In this document: piece by piece, positions 25,501-38,402 of the stretch | How positions within the stretch are numbered: position 1 is the stretch's first letter | Layout: every line of letters begins with the position of its first letter | Assembly: GCA_964016885.1 (NCBI GenBank) | Contig: OZ024740.1 | Coordinates: forward strand, 40,858,001-40,922,000 | Direction of reading: 5' to 3' | Length of the DNA: 64,000 bases | From: Eledone cirrhosa | Lineage: Eukaryota | Notes under the pieces: generated by a model | What the model saw: only the letters and a program-made list of their open reading frames with translations | What the model was told of the DNA's origin: nothing | Databases searched by the model: none | Position numbers and translations under genes: made by a program

Positions 25501-28500
25501 CCGGTTTTCAAGAGTTCTCTTCATGCCACAAGGACCATGTGTGCACTAAACGATACCCAAAGAGGTTTGTTGAGGAGACCGGCGGCAATGGATACCCACT
25601 GTACAGACGAAGGCAGCCTGAGAACGGTGGATTCACTATGATGTTACGGGGGCCATCAAGTTGATAATAGGTGGGTGGTCCTGTACTGTCCATTTCTGAT
25701 AAAAACTTTCAACGCTCATATAAATGTGGAGTTCTGTCATTCAGTGAAGTCGATAAAGTACATATGTAAATATGTTAACAAGGGTTCTGACGTTGCCATG
25801 TTCGGCCTTCAAAACGACAATAGCAAGGACGAGGTCTCGGAGTACTTGGCAGGTCGATATATCAGCAGTGGTGAAGCTTTTTGGCAGATATTCGGGTTTC
25901 CACTTCACCAAAGGCACCCCGCCATCATACAACTAGCGGTTCATTTGGAAAACGGCCCGCGGGCTTACTTTACTGAACAGACTGCTGCTCATTTGGCGGC
26001 CAATCCAAAAGAAACAACTTTGACTGTTTTTTTTACGCTTTGCCAACTTGACACATTTGCAAAAACACTTTCATATCCTCAGGTCCCGTCCTACTACGTG
26101 TGGTCAAACAACACTTGGGTGCGTAGCAAGTCAGGTCAGGATGTTGAAGGAAATCCTGGTGTTAAGTTTGACAGTTGTCTAGGAAGAGTGTACACTGTAC
26201 CTCCCAACCAGCATGAGTGTTTTCACCTGCGCCTTCTCCTCCATGAGGTTTTTGGCCCACAAAGCTTTCGAGACATAAGAACTGTTGACGGTGAATTATG
26301 TGATACATTCCAGGAAGCCTGCTTTAGGCGTGGCCTTTTGGAGGATGATTGACAATGGGGCGCCACTATGGCAAAGGGCGTTTTGTTGAAATCTCCTAAA
26401 AGACTAAGATCGCTTTTCGCTATTCTACTCCTATGGTGCGACTTGGGTGATCCGGCCTCTTTATGGTTTAGCTACAAAGATTACATGTCTGAAGATTTCC
26501 TGCGTCACGCTCAGTTGCTAAACCCATCGATGGAGGTCAGGTACAGTGACCTCATTTACAACAGGGCGCTGCTTGAAATTGAAGATACTGTTCTTGATAT
26601 GGGCGGTAGTGCGTTGGCGGTGTATGGCCTACCTTCAACAAACCGGGAAGGCGCAAACACTGTCTTCGGATTTGCTGTGTGAGACATCTTATTATGTTGA
26701 CGAGCTTGCCCAGTACATAGCGGAGAATGAGCCAAAGCTCCTTCCAGAACAGAAATTCGCTTACAACTCTGTTGTTAATTCTGTCCGGGGCAAAGCTGGG
26801 GGGATTTTTTTCCTGGACGCTCCTGGGGGGACTGGGAAAACTTTTGTCACCAAATTAATATTAGCTGAGATTAGGGGAACAGAAGGCATTGCCTTAGCTG
26901 TGGCATCATCTGGAATTGCGGCTACTTTGTTGCCGGGCGGCAGGACAGCTCACTCCTATTTCAAGCTCCCGCTTGACTTAGCGAAGACTGAGACACCCAC
27001 TTGCAACATCAGTAAGAGCTCCGATCAGGCAGAAGTGTTCAGATGATGCAAGCTTATCATTTGGGACGAATGCACGATGGCCCACAGAGGTGCTCTTGAG
27101 GCGCTAGATAGAACTCTGAGAGACATCAAAGACTCTATGGCTCCAATGGGAGGCATAACACTTCTTCTTTCAGGGGACTTCAGGCAAACGCTTCCCGTTA
27201 TTCCCAAGGGGACTAGAGCTGATGCAGTACATGCGTGTCTTAAGTCATCCGCATTGTGGCCCCTGGTGAAGACTCTGAAACTTCACACTAACATGCGTGC
27301 TCATATGCGAGGTGATATCACATCAGCAGCATTTTCTCACACCCTCCTTGCACTTGGCGAAGGCAAAACGCCCGAGGATGAAAAGAGTAATATTGCCATC
27401 GACTCACTTTGTACCGTTGTTAGTACGCCTTCTGATCTCAGGGATGCATTGTTCCCAGATCTCCAAGCAAATTATCAGAATATGGATTGGCTTGCCCAAA
27501 GGGCTATTCTGGCCCCGAGGAATAAAACTGTTAACCATATTAATGATCAAATGCTAAAACTCATTCCTGGGGATGGTTACGTATATAAGTCTATCGATAG
27601 AACTCCTGACCCTGAGGACGTCATCAACTATCCAATAGAGGTACTAAATTCCTTTGAGCCCCCGGATTACCCCCACACATTTTGAAACTTAAAGTTGGTG
27701 CCCCTATAATGCTCATTCGAAATTTGGTTCCGCCGAAACAATGCAATGGCACACGTTTGGTCATTAAGACCTTAGCTCCCAATCTGATTGAGGCCACGAT
27801 AATCACAGGGTGCGGTCGGGGCAAGGTTGTGCTCATACCGAGGATGCATCTTTTCCCATAAGGAGCAGACCTACCTTTCATATTTCGGAGGTCCCAGTTC
27901 CCGGTCAGGCCATGCTTCGCAAGGTCAATTAACAAAGCGCAGGGACAAACACTATCTGTCGCGGGAATACATTTGGGGGAGCCGTGTTTCTCTCATGGTC
28001 AGCTTTACGTTGGCTGCTCGCGTGTCAGCAGCAAGAGTGATGATTTCGCGTTCGTTCCGCAAGGAAAAACAAAAAACATTGTGTACAAGGAGGTTTTATA
28101 GGATTACCTCGATTCCTAATTTTATAACTTTTTTATTTTTTTATTTTTTCCCTTTTTGTGAGTACTTTCTAAGTAGGTTAACCTTCACTGCAGTGCACTG
28201 GACACTCCCCACCATCTGCCGTACAAAGGCTGATTCTCGCGGCGTTACAAAGCTTCATTGCAACTCTGACCCTACTCAAATATCAGCTGTTGCTCCTCAC
28301 CAACCCCCGTTTGGTGGGCCTCGGAGGACCATGGACAGGTTAGTATTCCACCTCAGTACGACTCTCAAAGGGTCAACAATGCTTTAATGACGGGATTTAC
28401 ATTTTTAGGCGGTTCCCTGCAATTACTTCACACTTCACCAACACCTGGCCTCCGCTCAGCTCTATTTCCCTCCGTCGGTACAGCAGCAGGCTCATCTTCT

Positions 28501-28908
28501 ACGTCTGACGTACATGATGCACCAACCATACAATGACCTCTTTTTTGGTTGTCATAATTCGACAATGTTTTCAGGCCTCTGTTTGCGGTTCCCTCAATCC
28601 ACCCCTCCCCTGTTAAAACATGTCATGCAGAAGAACTCCATCGCAGCTCTGTTGTTCGGCTGGCATCGTCTACACGCGTGTTGCGCAAGTACTGTGAAAC
28701 AATAAATTTGAACACTTCTTTGCACAGAGATAATATCCATAGGCGAAACTACAATTGTCACTGCTGGCGCAGCTCCTGCTTCGGCAGTCCAGGTTTGCAA
28801 TTCATTCACCCAGTGCCTGGCAGACAAAAAAGTGGTGCCATAAAATGGGTGGTGCAACCTAACTTTGGTAACTTACTGACCCCGAGCAACGCCAGGCTTT
28901 AATGCTAG
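22596..28908 (+). mobile_element. Full-length, decayed autonomous Helitron (Rep/Helicase)
   Basis: 5' A|TCTATAAAAGGCAGA (may start at 22590); 3' GC-rich hairpin CCCGAGCAACGCCAGG then CTAG|T at 28905-28909; RepHel remnants inside. Confidence 0.9.
23510..28101 (+). pseudogene. Helitron RepHel pseudogene (Zn finger, Rep, PIF1 helicase)
   Basis: CKFCNAK...CCLNGKV; MTSFGA; RPDLFITFTCNPKW; VEWQKRGL; KYICKYVNKG; Walker A FLDAPGGTGKT; IIWDE; GDFRQTLPV; NKAQGQTL. Split over more than 8 ORFs by stops and frameshifts. Confidence 0.93.
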
Positions 28909-28984
28909 TAGTGTTATAAGTTAGAAGATATACAACAGAGAGGGAAGCTATCATAAATCCAAGTTTTATTTTTCTGTGTGTTTA

Positions 28985-29320
28985 TGAGTGTGAGAATGTG
29001 TTTGTGTGAGTGTGTGTTTGTGTGAGAGTGTGTTTGTGTGAGTGTTTGTGTGAGAGTGTGTGTGTGTGTGTGTGAGAGTGTGTGTTTGTGTGAGGGTGTG
29101 TGTGTGTTTGTGTGAGTGTGTATTTGTGTGAGTGTGTGTTTGTGTGAGTGTGTGTGTGTGTGAGTGTGTATTTGTGTGAGAGTGTGTGTTTGTGTGAGTG
29201 TGTGTGTTTGTGTGAGTGTGTGTTTGTGTGAGTGTGTGTTTGTGTGAGAGTGTGTGTTTGTGTGAGAGTGTGTGTGTGTGGGAATGTGAGTGAGTGTGTG
29301 TGTTTGTGTAAGTGTGTGTT
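28985..29320. repeat. Complex (TG)n/(TGAG)n microsatellite
   Basis: Direct reading. Confidence 0.9.
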
Positions 29321-30555
29321 TATGTAAACTGACACAGAGTGAACTTTACTAAAGATACTCCAGGGCAAGTTAGTAGTGTTAAAGTGGATGACAGATTAAC
29401 ACCCCCGCCTTCCTCTAGGGTGGTAGATTTAAACTGGCTGACAGATTATGTCTACCACCTTAGGGCCGGATGGTAGTGTTAAACTGGTTGACAGATTAAG
29501 TCTACCTCCCCAGGACCAGGTAGTAGTGTTAAACTAGGTGACAGATTAAGTCTACCACCCCAGGGCCATACTGGGGTTTGAACTTTGACCACAAAGAACT
29601 GGAACAAATACTGCAAAGACATCCTGTCCATTACTCTAATCATTCTGACAGTCCACTGAATTTATTGGTATTTTTTATAGCTCCTTTATTGATCATCAAA
29701 GGATAAAAAGCATAGTTGACTTCTGTGGGATTTGAACTCATCTAATGCTATAATTAATGCTTCAGCCAGATTTTAATAATTGAGATAAATTTATTAATAT
29801 CAATAATTGCTAATTCAGTTAAACCATTATTTAAATATAAATTGCAATAAAACTATTTAGGTTGTACCTAAATCCAGCACTAGTGATTAGTTCTATGAGC
29901 TTCTGTAGAGAACTCTGAGCAGGTTGATACAATAATAGATACTGCGATCAGCTCAGCAAATCAAAGAAATACACATTAGTGACTAACCCAATAGTTGTTT
30001 CTACTTTAGGCACAAGGCCAGCAATTACCCAGTGCATTACTGGTACTTTATTTTATCGACCCCGTAAGGATGAAAGGCAAAGTCAACCTCGAAGGGATTT
30101 GAACTCAGATCGTAAAGGGACATAACTATGCTGGAAAGCATGGCGTCCGACCCTCTACCGATACTGCCAATCCACCACTTGTATGTCCTCCTCATGGTGT
30201 GTCATTACAACTAGTTGGAATAAACCAGTGACAGTTAAATCTGGGTTATGCTAGACCTTGAAACTTTCCACAATACTGGGCCACAAGACAGATCAACTAC
30301 TAATCCTTTTGACCTGAAACTATAGATTGAGTCAACTGTAATTCCAGCCCATACCTGATACTCTATAGATTGTGCCAGCTGTGATTCAAGCTCATATTTG
30401 ATACTCTATAGAATGAATCAGTTGTAATTCTAGCTGGTTTATTAAATAACAACTACTACTACAAAAGAAAACAAATAAAAATCATCATCATTTAACATCT
30501 ATTGATGATGATGATTTGTTAAACATTCAAAAAATCTTTTCATTAATTGACTTAC

Positions 30556-30648
30556 CTCATCAGAAACACAAATTCCACCCTTCTCACGTATCATCTTAAA
30601 AGCTTTTTTAATGTAGCCTTCCGTAAACTGCACAGTACCACCAACACC
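30556..30648 (-). CDS. AGXT2: AGXT2 coding exon (93 nt)
   Basis: GVGGTVQFTEGYIKKAFKMIREKGGICVSDE; CAG/GTAAGT. Confidence 0.95.
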
Positions 30649-30699
30649 CTGTTAAAAGAAGACAGATCAAGTTTAACATGACCTTTTCTAAACTGTACA

Positions 30700-31112
30700 G
30701 TACCACCAACAACAGCAACACAAACGCTACTACCACTACCACCACCAACAACACCACACCATTAACAATAACAACACCACCACCACCACCACCACCACCA
30801 CCACCACCACCAACAACACTACCATCACCACCAACAACAACACACCATCAACACTACCACCACCAGCACCAAAAACAATAGTACTACTAACAATAACAAC
30901 ATTACCAACATCAACACAAACACTACTACCACCACTATCACCACCACCACCACCACCACCACCAACCATCAACAATAACAACATCACCACACCATCAACA
31001 ACAATAACACCACCATCACCACCACCACACCATCAACCAACAACAATAACACCAACACACCATACCAACAACAATAACATCACCAACACCATAACAGTAT
31101 CATCATCATCAA
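30700..31112. repeat. (CAC/CAA)n low-complexity tract filling most of a small intron
   Basis: Direct reading. Confidence 0.9.
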
Positions 31113-31125
31113 TAACATCTTTTAC

Positions 31126-31323
31126 CTGCATGGATTCAGCAAAAAAGCATCCAGCTCGTCCTTTGGGCATAGAATATAAGAGGACATCTTGAAGTTGGTC
31201 CAAGTATAAATCAGTAGCTAGGCATTTGTCAGGTGGACAGTCACATGTACGTGTTGTCTGGACAGGTGAATCTCGGCAGTGAGACCCTCCCCAAACTCCT
31301 CGGTAAGGATCTGGGTTCATAGA
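31126..31323 (-). CDS. AGXT2: AGXT2 coding exon (198 nt)
   Basis: SMNPDPYRGVWGGSHCRDSPVQTTRTCDCPPDKC...GCFFAESMQ; the animal AGXT2 Cys-rich insert 'WGGSHCRDSPVQT.R.C.C' is diagnostic. Confidence 0.96.
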
Positions 31324-31495
31324 CTGGGAGGGAAAAAATGACAGTAGTAATTAGTGAGTAATCAAAGTGGAATTAATTAGTTATTTTTTGGTGATGGTAC
31401 TGGAGATATTTATTTAATACCACCAAGAATACCACCTTCCTGGGATAAAGGATTCTGACAGCAACAATAGATGATAGTCATTTACTGTATTTCAA

Positions 31496-31497
<2 letters not shown>

Positions 31498-31591
<94 letters not shown>
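31498..31591. repeat. (GA)n microsatellite
   Basis: Direct reading. Confidence 0.95.
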
Positions 31592-31594
<3 letters not shown>

Positions 31595-32547
31595 CAACTA
31601 TGTTTAAAACCTTATTTTTATTAGAAGTGAAACAGTTTGTAAAGCAGCAGAAGATAACACTACTTTGTTAAATAACATTCAAGGTTCCAAGGTTCATTAT
31701 CTTCAGTTTGAAAATCACATCAGTAGCTTTTATAACAAATAATCTCTCTCTCTCTATATATATATAATCTCAATCAATATATTTCTGTCTATATATGAAT
31801 CTATTTTATCTATTTATACATTTTCTCTTTCCACACACACACACACACACATATATATATAAGAATAAGGATTAACAAGGATTTAAATTAAATCAGTTAA
31901 TTAATTGATAACTGTTTTGTTAAAACAACTGGAATATTCCATTTCTGTTATAATAATTTCACCAGAATCGATAAAATACAAATTATATTTACCATAACAC
32001 GTCCATAAAATTATTACAGAGGTTCTCCAAAAAGTACAAGCAATTCAAATAAACACACATGCAGATGGAAGGATGGATGCATGCATGAATAAAAGAGTTA
32101 CAAAGTGGAAATCAGTTCTGTAGTAGATTGAATTCATAAATATATGAAATGCATGCATTTTATCTATTTATACATTCAATCTCCTATAGTACTGCTTTCT
32201 ACTTTGTAACTCTATGCTAATATTAAATCTGTTAACACACAACTTTTGCAGTTCTGAGTCTAATTTTGTACAGTAAGTTTACATTTTATGTCAAATACTA
32301 CAAATACTTACATGGTAAAAATAGCCATTACTTTACAAATGCTTCTCAGATTCAGAGAATACCAAACACTGGAATTATGGCATCTGCTTGAAAGATTTGT
32401 GTACTTCTAAACTTTCCTTGAAATAAACCATTTATCATCTAACTTAGACCTTTTTTGATTAAAATCTCATCAAAATAAATAGATGAAAAAAACAACAAAA
32501 AAAAAAACAATAAATAGTAATGAAAGTTTACAGTGTGTTACACTAAC

Positions 32548-32641
32548 CTGATGAATACCAAAACCAGTGGGCACATTATAACGCCAGGTTCCCAAAGCTG
32601 TTAACCCCATTAAATAAGGGCTAGCTCCATGGTAAGCATTT
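32548..32641 (-). CDS. AGXT2: AGXT2 coding exon (94 nt)
   Basis: (R)NAYHGASPYLMGLTALGTWRYNVPTGFGIHQ; AYHG motif; TAG/GTTAGT; phase 2-0. Confidence 0.95.
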
Positions 32642-33048
32642 CTATAGGGAAACAAAACAAAACAAATAATGCAATTAATAACTAAATCAACAGTTTTCTA
32701 CTTGAAGGAGTGAATGAAAATTATGTTAAGGGCTTGTGGTGGGAATGAAAATTATGTTAGAGGCTTGTGGTGGGAACGAAAATTATGTTAGGGGACTGTC
32801 GTGGGAGAGAAGAAGTTATTTAAAATTTAATATAAAGTTCTTGTTGATTAGTTCGAGATCAATCCTGATCTTGAGGACTCATTAGGAAAGATGACCATCC
32901 TGTCTTTTTAGTGTCATCTAGGACCACATACTATAATGGGATTCTTCAGTAGGGTGAGGTTAAAAATATTTGGTTACTATTTCTAGCAGGTCAGTGTAAG
33001 GTGTAGATGAGGGTGATTTGGCAGTTATTTCTAGCAGGTTGTTTATCA

Positions 33049-36000
33049 TTTAGCAGTATTAGTTGTAGATGTTATCGCCACTTTAGCAGGGTGGTAGAAT
33101 CAGTGGTCGTTAGTTGCCAGTGTGGTAAGTGATAGTATCCTCGTTGGATTATCTTGTCGACATAGACGTGAGGGAAGGTCCCTCGATCTATTTACAATAT
33201 TCCTTTCGTCAGGTCGCCAATTCCAGCAGCATGGATTAAAGATGTTATTGAGACACGAGTAACATAACAACGACTTCAACCGCAGTAATTAGAGATGAAA
33301 TGTTTGTTTATTTATATGGTTGAAGTTACAGATAAAAAGAGGTTACAAAAGAGAATGTGCCATTGCGCCATTAAGCCGGCGAGGCTAGTGGTGCAATATC
33401 TCACTGTTATATTATGCGTGTTGCTGGCTCGAAGTTTCTGGTACAAGCTAGAGATTCTTCAAATCTTCGCGGGGAATTTCTTCCTCAGGGCGCGTAGGGA
33501 TACATCCTCTTCTACTGGCGCTGATTGGCTGAACTGAGCCAAATCACGCACAGAGAATGTATGTGAGCCCGCGGAATGTAGGTCACTACATCACCTCCAA
33601 CCAGATTTTCAGCCGAAAATCGATAACGAAGAAACCAAGGACCCACATATTATTGAATCAGCAAGAACAAATGCTGAAAGAGCACATCAGTGAAAAAATA
33701 ATTGAGCAGAAGGTTGCATGCAAGAACAAAAAAGTAGGCGCTACGGGCCGTGTTGAGCCGCTGTGTCAAATGACCAGTTGTTTTGTTGTTTATACGTGAC
33801 CGCCAAAGGTCTAACAAAAAACGGATAAAGTCTGACATGGGCGAAGTTGCTGTTCTTGCATTAAATGTTAATGGTAAGCGTTGTACCAGTAGCTGTGAAC
33901 GAAGCTATTATGGTAGTTTACCAGTGCTGGCGAGAAAATGATGGCCCCCAGATGTATTGTCGAATGTGCTGTGGAGCCAGGAAAAAATGGCTGGTTGCTT
34001 TGTAAAGAACAAAAGGCAAGTTTAATCTGTAGGTGGGTTGCAGTGTAAATACCATAATTCGGGCGAATCCACAGAAGTGGCCGAAATGTTGACAAGTCCA
34101 GTTCAATTTGTTGCTTTCCCAGCGAGTCGGGCAAAAACAACAATACGGATGGCCGTCATGGACGATCAGTGTGCAACGAGATGCGAAGCTGTTTGAGTTC
34201 AGCGGCAATTAGTATTCTCGTGTTGCGGTGACTGTTTGAATCCAGTGGATTAAGCTCTGTGAGCTGCCAGCATCTCAACCAGGTGAAAAGGGACTCGCAG
34301 AATATTACGTTTGAAGAACATATACCAAGAACAACATGTTGGTGTGTGATAAAAAAAATGTGTGCATATGCAGGCATGTAAAACAGCAAAGAATGTGAAT
34401 GAACAAAAACCATGAGCAAGCAAATAGCAAAAGAGCACAAAACAAGTAAATGCATTCTACAAAGAAATATGTGAATGTAACAAACTGATAATTCAAAGTC
34501 AATCTAGGGGAGCAGAGAAATTGCTCAATAAGTTCAAAGTTTTTCAAAGTCAAATAGTTCACACATCACCAGTGTACAGACACTAGTTCTGTCCGAAAAC
34601 TGAAAAAGAGGTATGTTAATGCCATTAGGGGTTAGATGTATGGTGTTTTTGTGAGATTTCGTGGCCATTTTCCCGTCCCGCCACACGGTAGTGTTGCTTA
34701 TCGTTAAAGTAATGTCAAAGAATCTTCTGTAGAGTAGGAGTCACCAAATATGGCAGTCACGTCTGACGCCATAATGGTGAGAAAACTACTGTCTCAATTT
34801 CTCGCGTCCCTGTGGTAACGAGACAGAAGGTATGGTGGTTGCGTCGGTAAAGTTACAAGCCGTTTTTAAATTTCCGATGTGTGGTGGTTGGCGTCGGTAA
34901 GGTTATGAAGCTGCCACTCACTGTTCCCTGTATTGGTCAGTGGTTAAACAACGCTGTCGCTGCTGCTGTCATTGTTGTTGTCAAGCGTAGCCATGACATG
35001 TCGGTAGCCATCTTGAAATTTTTTCGTGGCGAAAAAGTTTTTGAAATACTGCTAATTTTTCAAAAATTTTAAAAGGAATATTCTGGATTTTCGCAAGTTG
35101 CGACGTGGCAATAAAAGTTAAACTGAATGAATAAGAAGGGCTGCGTGATATTCTTACGTCGGTCACCATTTTAGACTTTAGCAGTATTTGTTATAGATGT
35201 TATCGCCACTTTAGCGGGGTGGTAGAATCAGTGGTCGTTAGTTGCCAGTGTGGTAAGTGATAGTATCCTCGTTGGATTATCTTGTTGACATAGACGTGAG
35301 GGAAGGTCCCTCGATCTATTTACCATCTATTTACAATATTCCTTTCATCAGGTCGCCAATTCCAGCAGCATGGATTAAAGATGTCATTGAGACACGAGTA
35401 ACATAACAACGACTTCAACCGCAGTAATTAGAGATGAAATGTTTGTTTATTTATATGGTTGAAGTTACAGATAAAAAGAGGTTACAAAAGGGAATGTGCC
35501 ATTGCGCCATTAAGCCGGCGAGGCTAGTGGTGCAATATCTCACTGTTACATTATGCGTGTTGCTGGCTCGAAGTTTCTGGTACAAGAGCGAGATTCTTCA
35601 AATCTTCGCGGGGAATTTCTTCCTCAGGGCGCGTAGGGATACATCCTCTTCTACTGGCGCTGATTGGCTGAACTGAGCCAAATCACGCACAGAGAATGTA
35701 TGTGAGCCCGCGGAATTTCTCTGCTCTCCTAGATTGACTTTGAATTATCAGTTTGTTACATTCACATATTTCTTTGTAGAATGCATTTACTTGTTTTGTG
35801 CTCTTTTGCTATTTGTTTGCTCATGGTTTTTGTTCATTCACATTCTTTGCTGTTTTACATGCCTGCATATGCACACATTTTTTTTATCACACACCAACAT
35901 GTTGTTCTTGGTATATGTTCTTCGAGCGTAATATTCTGTGAGTCCCTTTTCACCTGGTTGAGATGCTGTCACATGCTAGCAGCTCACAGAGCTTAATCCA

Positions 36001-37206
36001 CTGGATTCAAACAGGCACCGCAACACGAGAATACATTGCAGCTGAACTCGAACAGCTTCGCATCTCGTTGCACACTGATCGTCCATGACGGCCATCCGTC
36101 TTGTTGTTTTTGCCCGACTCGCTGGGAAAGCAACAAATTGAACTGGACTTGTTAGCATTTCGGCCACTTCTGTGGATTCGCCCGAATTATGGAATTTACA
36201 CTGCAACCCACCTACAGATTAAACTTGCCTTTTGTTCTTTACAAAGCAACCAGCCATTTTTTCCTGGCTCCACAGCACATTCGACAATACATCTGGGGGC
36301 CATCATTTTCTCGCCAGCACTGGTAAACTACCATAATAGCTTCGTTCACAGCTACTGGTACAACGCTTACCATTAACATTTAATGCAAGAACAGCAACTT
36401 CGCCCATGTCAGACTTTATCCGTTTTTTGTTAGACCTTTGGCGGTCACGTATAAACAACAAAACAATTGGTCATTTGAGACAGCGGCTCAACACGGCCCG
36501 TAGCGCCTACTTTTTTGTTCTTGCATGCAACCTTTTGCTCAATTATTTTTTCACTGATGTGCTCTTTCAGCATTTGTTCTTGCTGATTCAATAATATGTG
36601 GGTCCTTGGTTTCTTCGTTGTCGATTTTCGGCTGAAAATCTGGTTGGCGGTGATGTAGTGACCTACATTCCGCGGGCTCACATACATTCTCTGTGCGTGA
36701 TTTGGCTCAGTTCAGCCAATCAGCGCCAGTAGAAGAGGATGTATCCCTACGCGCCCTGAGGAAGAAATTCCCCGCGAAGATTTGAAGAATCTCGCTCTTG
36801 TACCAGAAACTTCGAGCCAGCAACACGCATAATGTAACAGTGAGATATTGCACCACTAGCCTCGCCGGCTTAATGGCGCAATGGCACATTCCCTTTTGTA
36901 ACCTCTTTTTATCTGTAACTTCAACCATATAAATAAACAAACATTTCATCTCTAATTACTGCGGTTGAAGTCGTTGTTATGTTACTCGTGTCTCAATGAC
37001 ATCTTTAATCCATGCTGCTGGAATTGGCGACCTGATGAAAGGAATATTGTAAATAGATGGTAAATAGATCGAGGGACCTTCCCTCACGTCTATGTCAACA
37101 AGATAATCCAACGAGGATACTATCACTTACCACACTGGCAACTAACGACCACTGATTCTACCACCCCGCTAAAGTGGCGATAACATCTATAACTAATACT
37201 GCTAAA
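33049..37206. mobile_element. Head-to-head composite of a non-autonomous LTR retroelement bounded by 4-bp TSD ATCA
   Basis: Minus part: 3' LTR 33049-33590, internal region, Trp-like PBS (TGGTGACCGACGT, about 35156-35168), 5' LTR 35177-35716 lacking its first ~13 bp. Plus part: internal half 35714-36653 and LTR 36654-37206. ATCA lies at 33045-33048 and 37207-37210. Confidence 0.85.
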
Positions 37207-37637
37207 ATCACATAGAAGCTCCGTTATTGGTGTGGGTATGGTGTGGTGTGCGGTGGCCGGAGGCTGGGGAGTGCTTGACCGGAAGAGTGCTTGACCAGAA
37301 GGGTGCTTGACCGGAAGGGTGCTCAACCGGGAGGGCCAGCAGGTCTGCCTCTCTCTAGGGTGGTCAGCGAACGTGGTGGACGTCAATTTTGGAGCTCCCG
37401 GTTAACAAGTTGGATTGTACGCACGTGGGAGAGGAGAAACCAGCCATTGGATTAGCGGTGCCAGCGAAAGCAGTAAGTGAAGTAGCCTTTTCTAACCACA
37501 AGCTATTTCGGCACTGGAAACTGACATCTGATTGATCAAAAAAAAAAAAAAAAAGAACTTTCTCGAAAACAAAGCTACTGGAAAAACAGAGAGGAGTCTG
37601 TTGTTTTTTATTACTTACCGCAGGACAAAATTAGGAT

Positions 37638-38402
37638 ATGGCGACGAGATTACGAATGAGTGGAGAAGCGATTAGAGCATTTACCGGTGAAGGCGATGTT
37701 GTCGCTTGGCTGCGAAAAGTCCGGCTGGTCGCAAGCTTACAGAAGATAGAAGATGTGGTTGGCCTCATGGCACTGTACCTTGAGGGGGATGCGTTGGCAC
37801 TCTACCTAGAGATGGATGAACACAGCCAAAGGGATGCGCAAAAGATTGAGAGGCGTATGATGGAAGTGTTCGCGGAAGGACCGTTAGCCGCTTTTGCTAA
37901 AATGGCAAGGATTAGATGGAACGGTGAACGCGTTGACATTTTTGCAGCGGAAATACGGCGATTGGCCATGTTGGCTGGATATCAGGTGAAATGCGAACGC
38001 ACGGTGCGGTTGGCGTTCATAAATGGATTTCCAGATGACATAGCGATGAAACTGCAGCAAGTCCCGGGTTACAAGGAAATGGAGATGCATGCACTGGTGG
38101 AGCAAGCCCACAACATAGCAGAAGATGCCAAGAAGAGTGTTGCAGCGATAGCAATGGCAGAGGCCCAAGGCAGCCGGCAGCGAAATGGTGAAAGGGAGGC
38201 AACCACGGCACGCGGTCGTCCGCGAACGTTTAGAGGTCGCTGTTTTAGGTGCCAGGGCCTGCACATGGCGAGAGACTGTAGAGAGTCAAGGCTGGGCAAA
38301 ATATGCTACCGGTGTAAGCGACCAGGCCACATCGCTACTAGCTGCGACCAGGGAAACGATCCAAGGGGAATGACTGCGGCAGTAGCTGCCCCTTACAAGT
38401 AG
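37638..38402 (+). CDS. Gypsy Gag with two CCHC zinc knuckles
   Basis: Intact 254-aa ORF; CFRCQGLHMARDC and CYRCKRPGHIATSC. Confidence 0.88.
   Translation: MATRLRMSGEAIRAFTGEGDVVAWLRKVRLVASLQKIEDVVGLMALYLEGDALALYLEMDEHSQRDAQKIERRMMEVFAEGPLAAFAKMARIRWNGERVDIFAAEIRRLAMLAGYQVKCERTVRLAFINGFPDDIAMKLQQVPGYKEMEMHALVEQAHNIAEDAKKSVAAIAMAEAQGSRQRNGEREATTARGRPRTFRGRCFRCQGLHMARDCRESRLGKICYRCKRPGHIATSCDQGNDPRGMTAAVAAPYK
38351..38357 (+). other. -1 ribosomal frameshift slippery heptamer G GGA AAC
   Basis: Correctly phased in gag; the -1 frame is open from here into the protease (ALVDTGC); downstream AAGGGG...CCCCTT stem. Confidence 0.75.

Noticed and set aside
28982-31320. His/Thr-, Pro- and Val-rich ORFs
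   Set aside because: Translations of microsatellites; only 30556-30648 and 31126-31323 are real exons.
33295-36949. Recurrent 60-99 aa ORFs in the LTR composite and at 50560-52669
   Set aside because: They recur only because the DNA is repeated; no recognisable domains and frames break between subfamilies.
37020-37100. CTGATGA in the non-autonomous LTR (possible retrozyme hammerhead)
   Set aside because: No stem II followed by GAAA and no stem I/III partner could be built.
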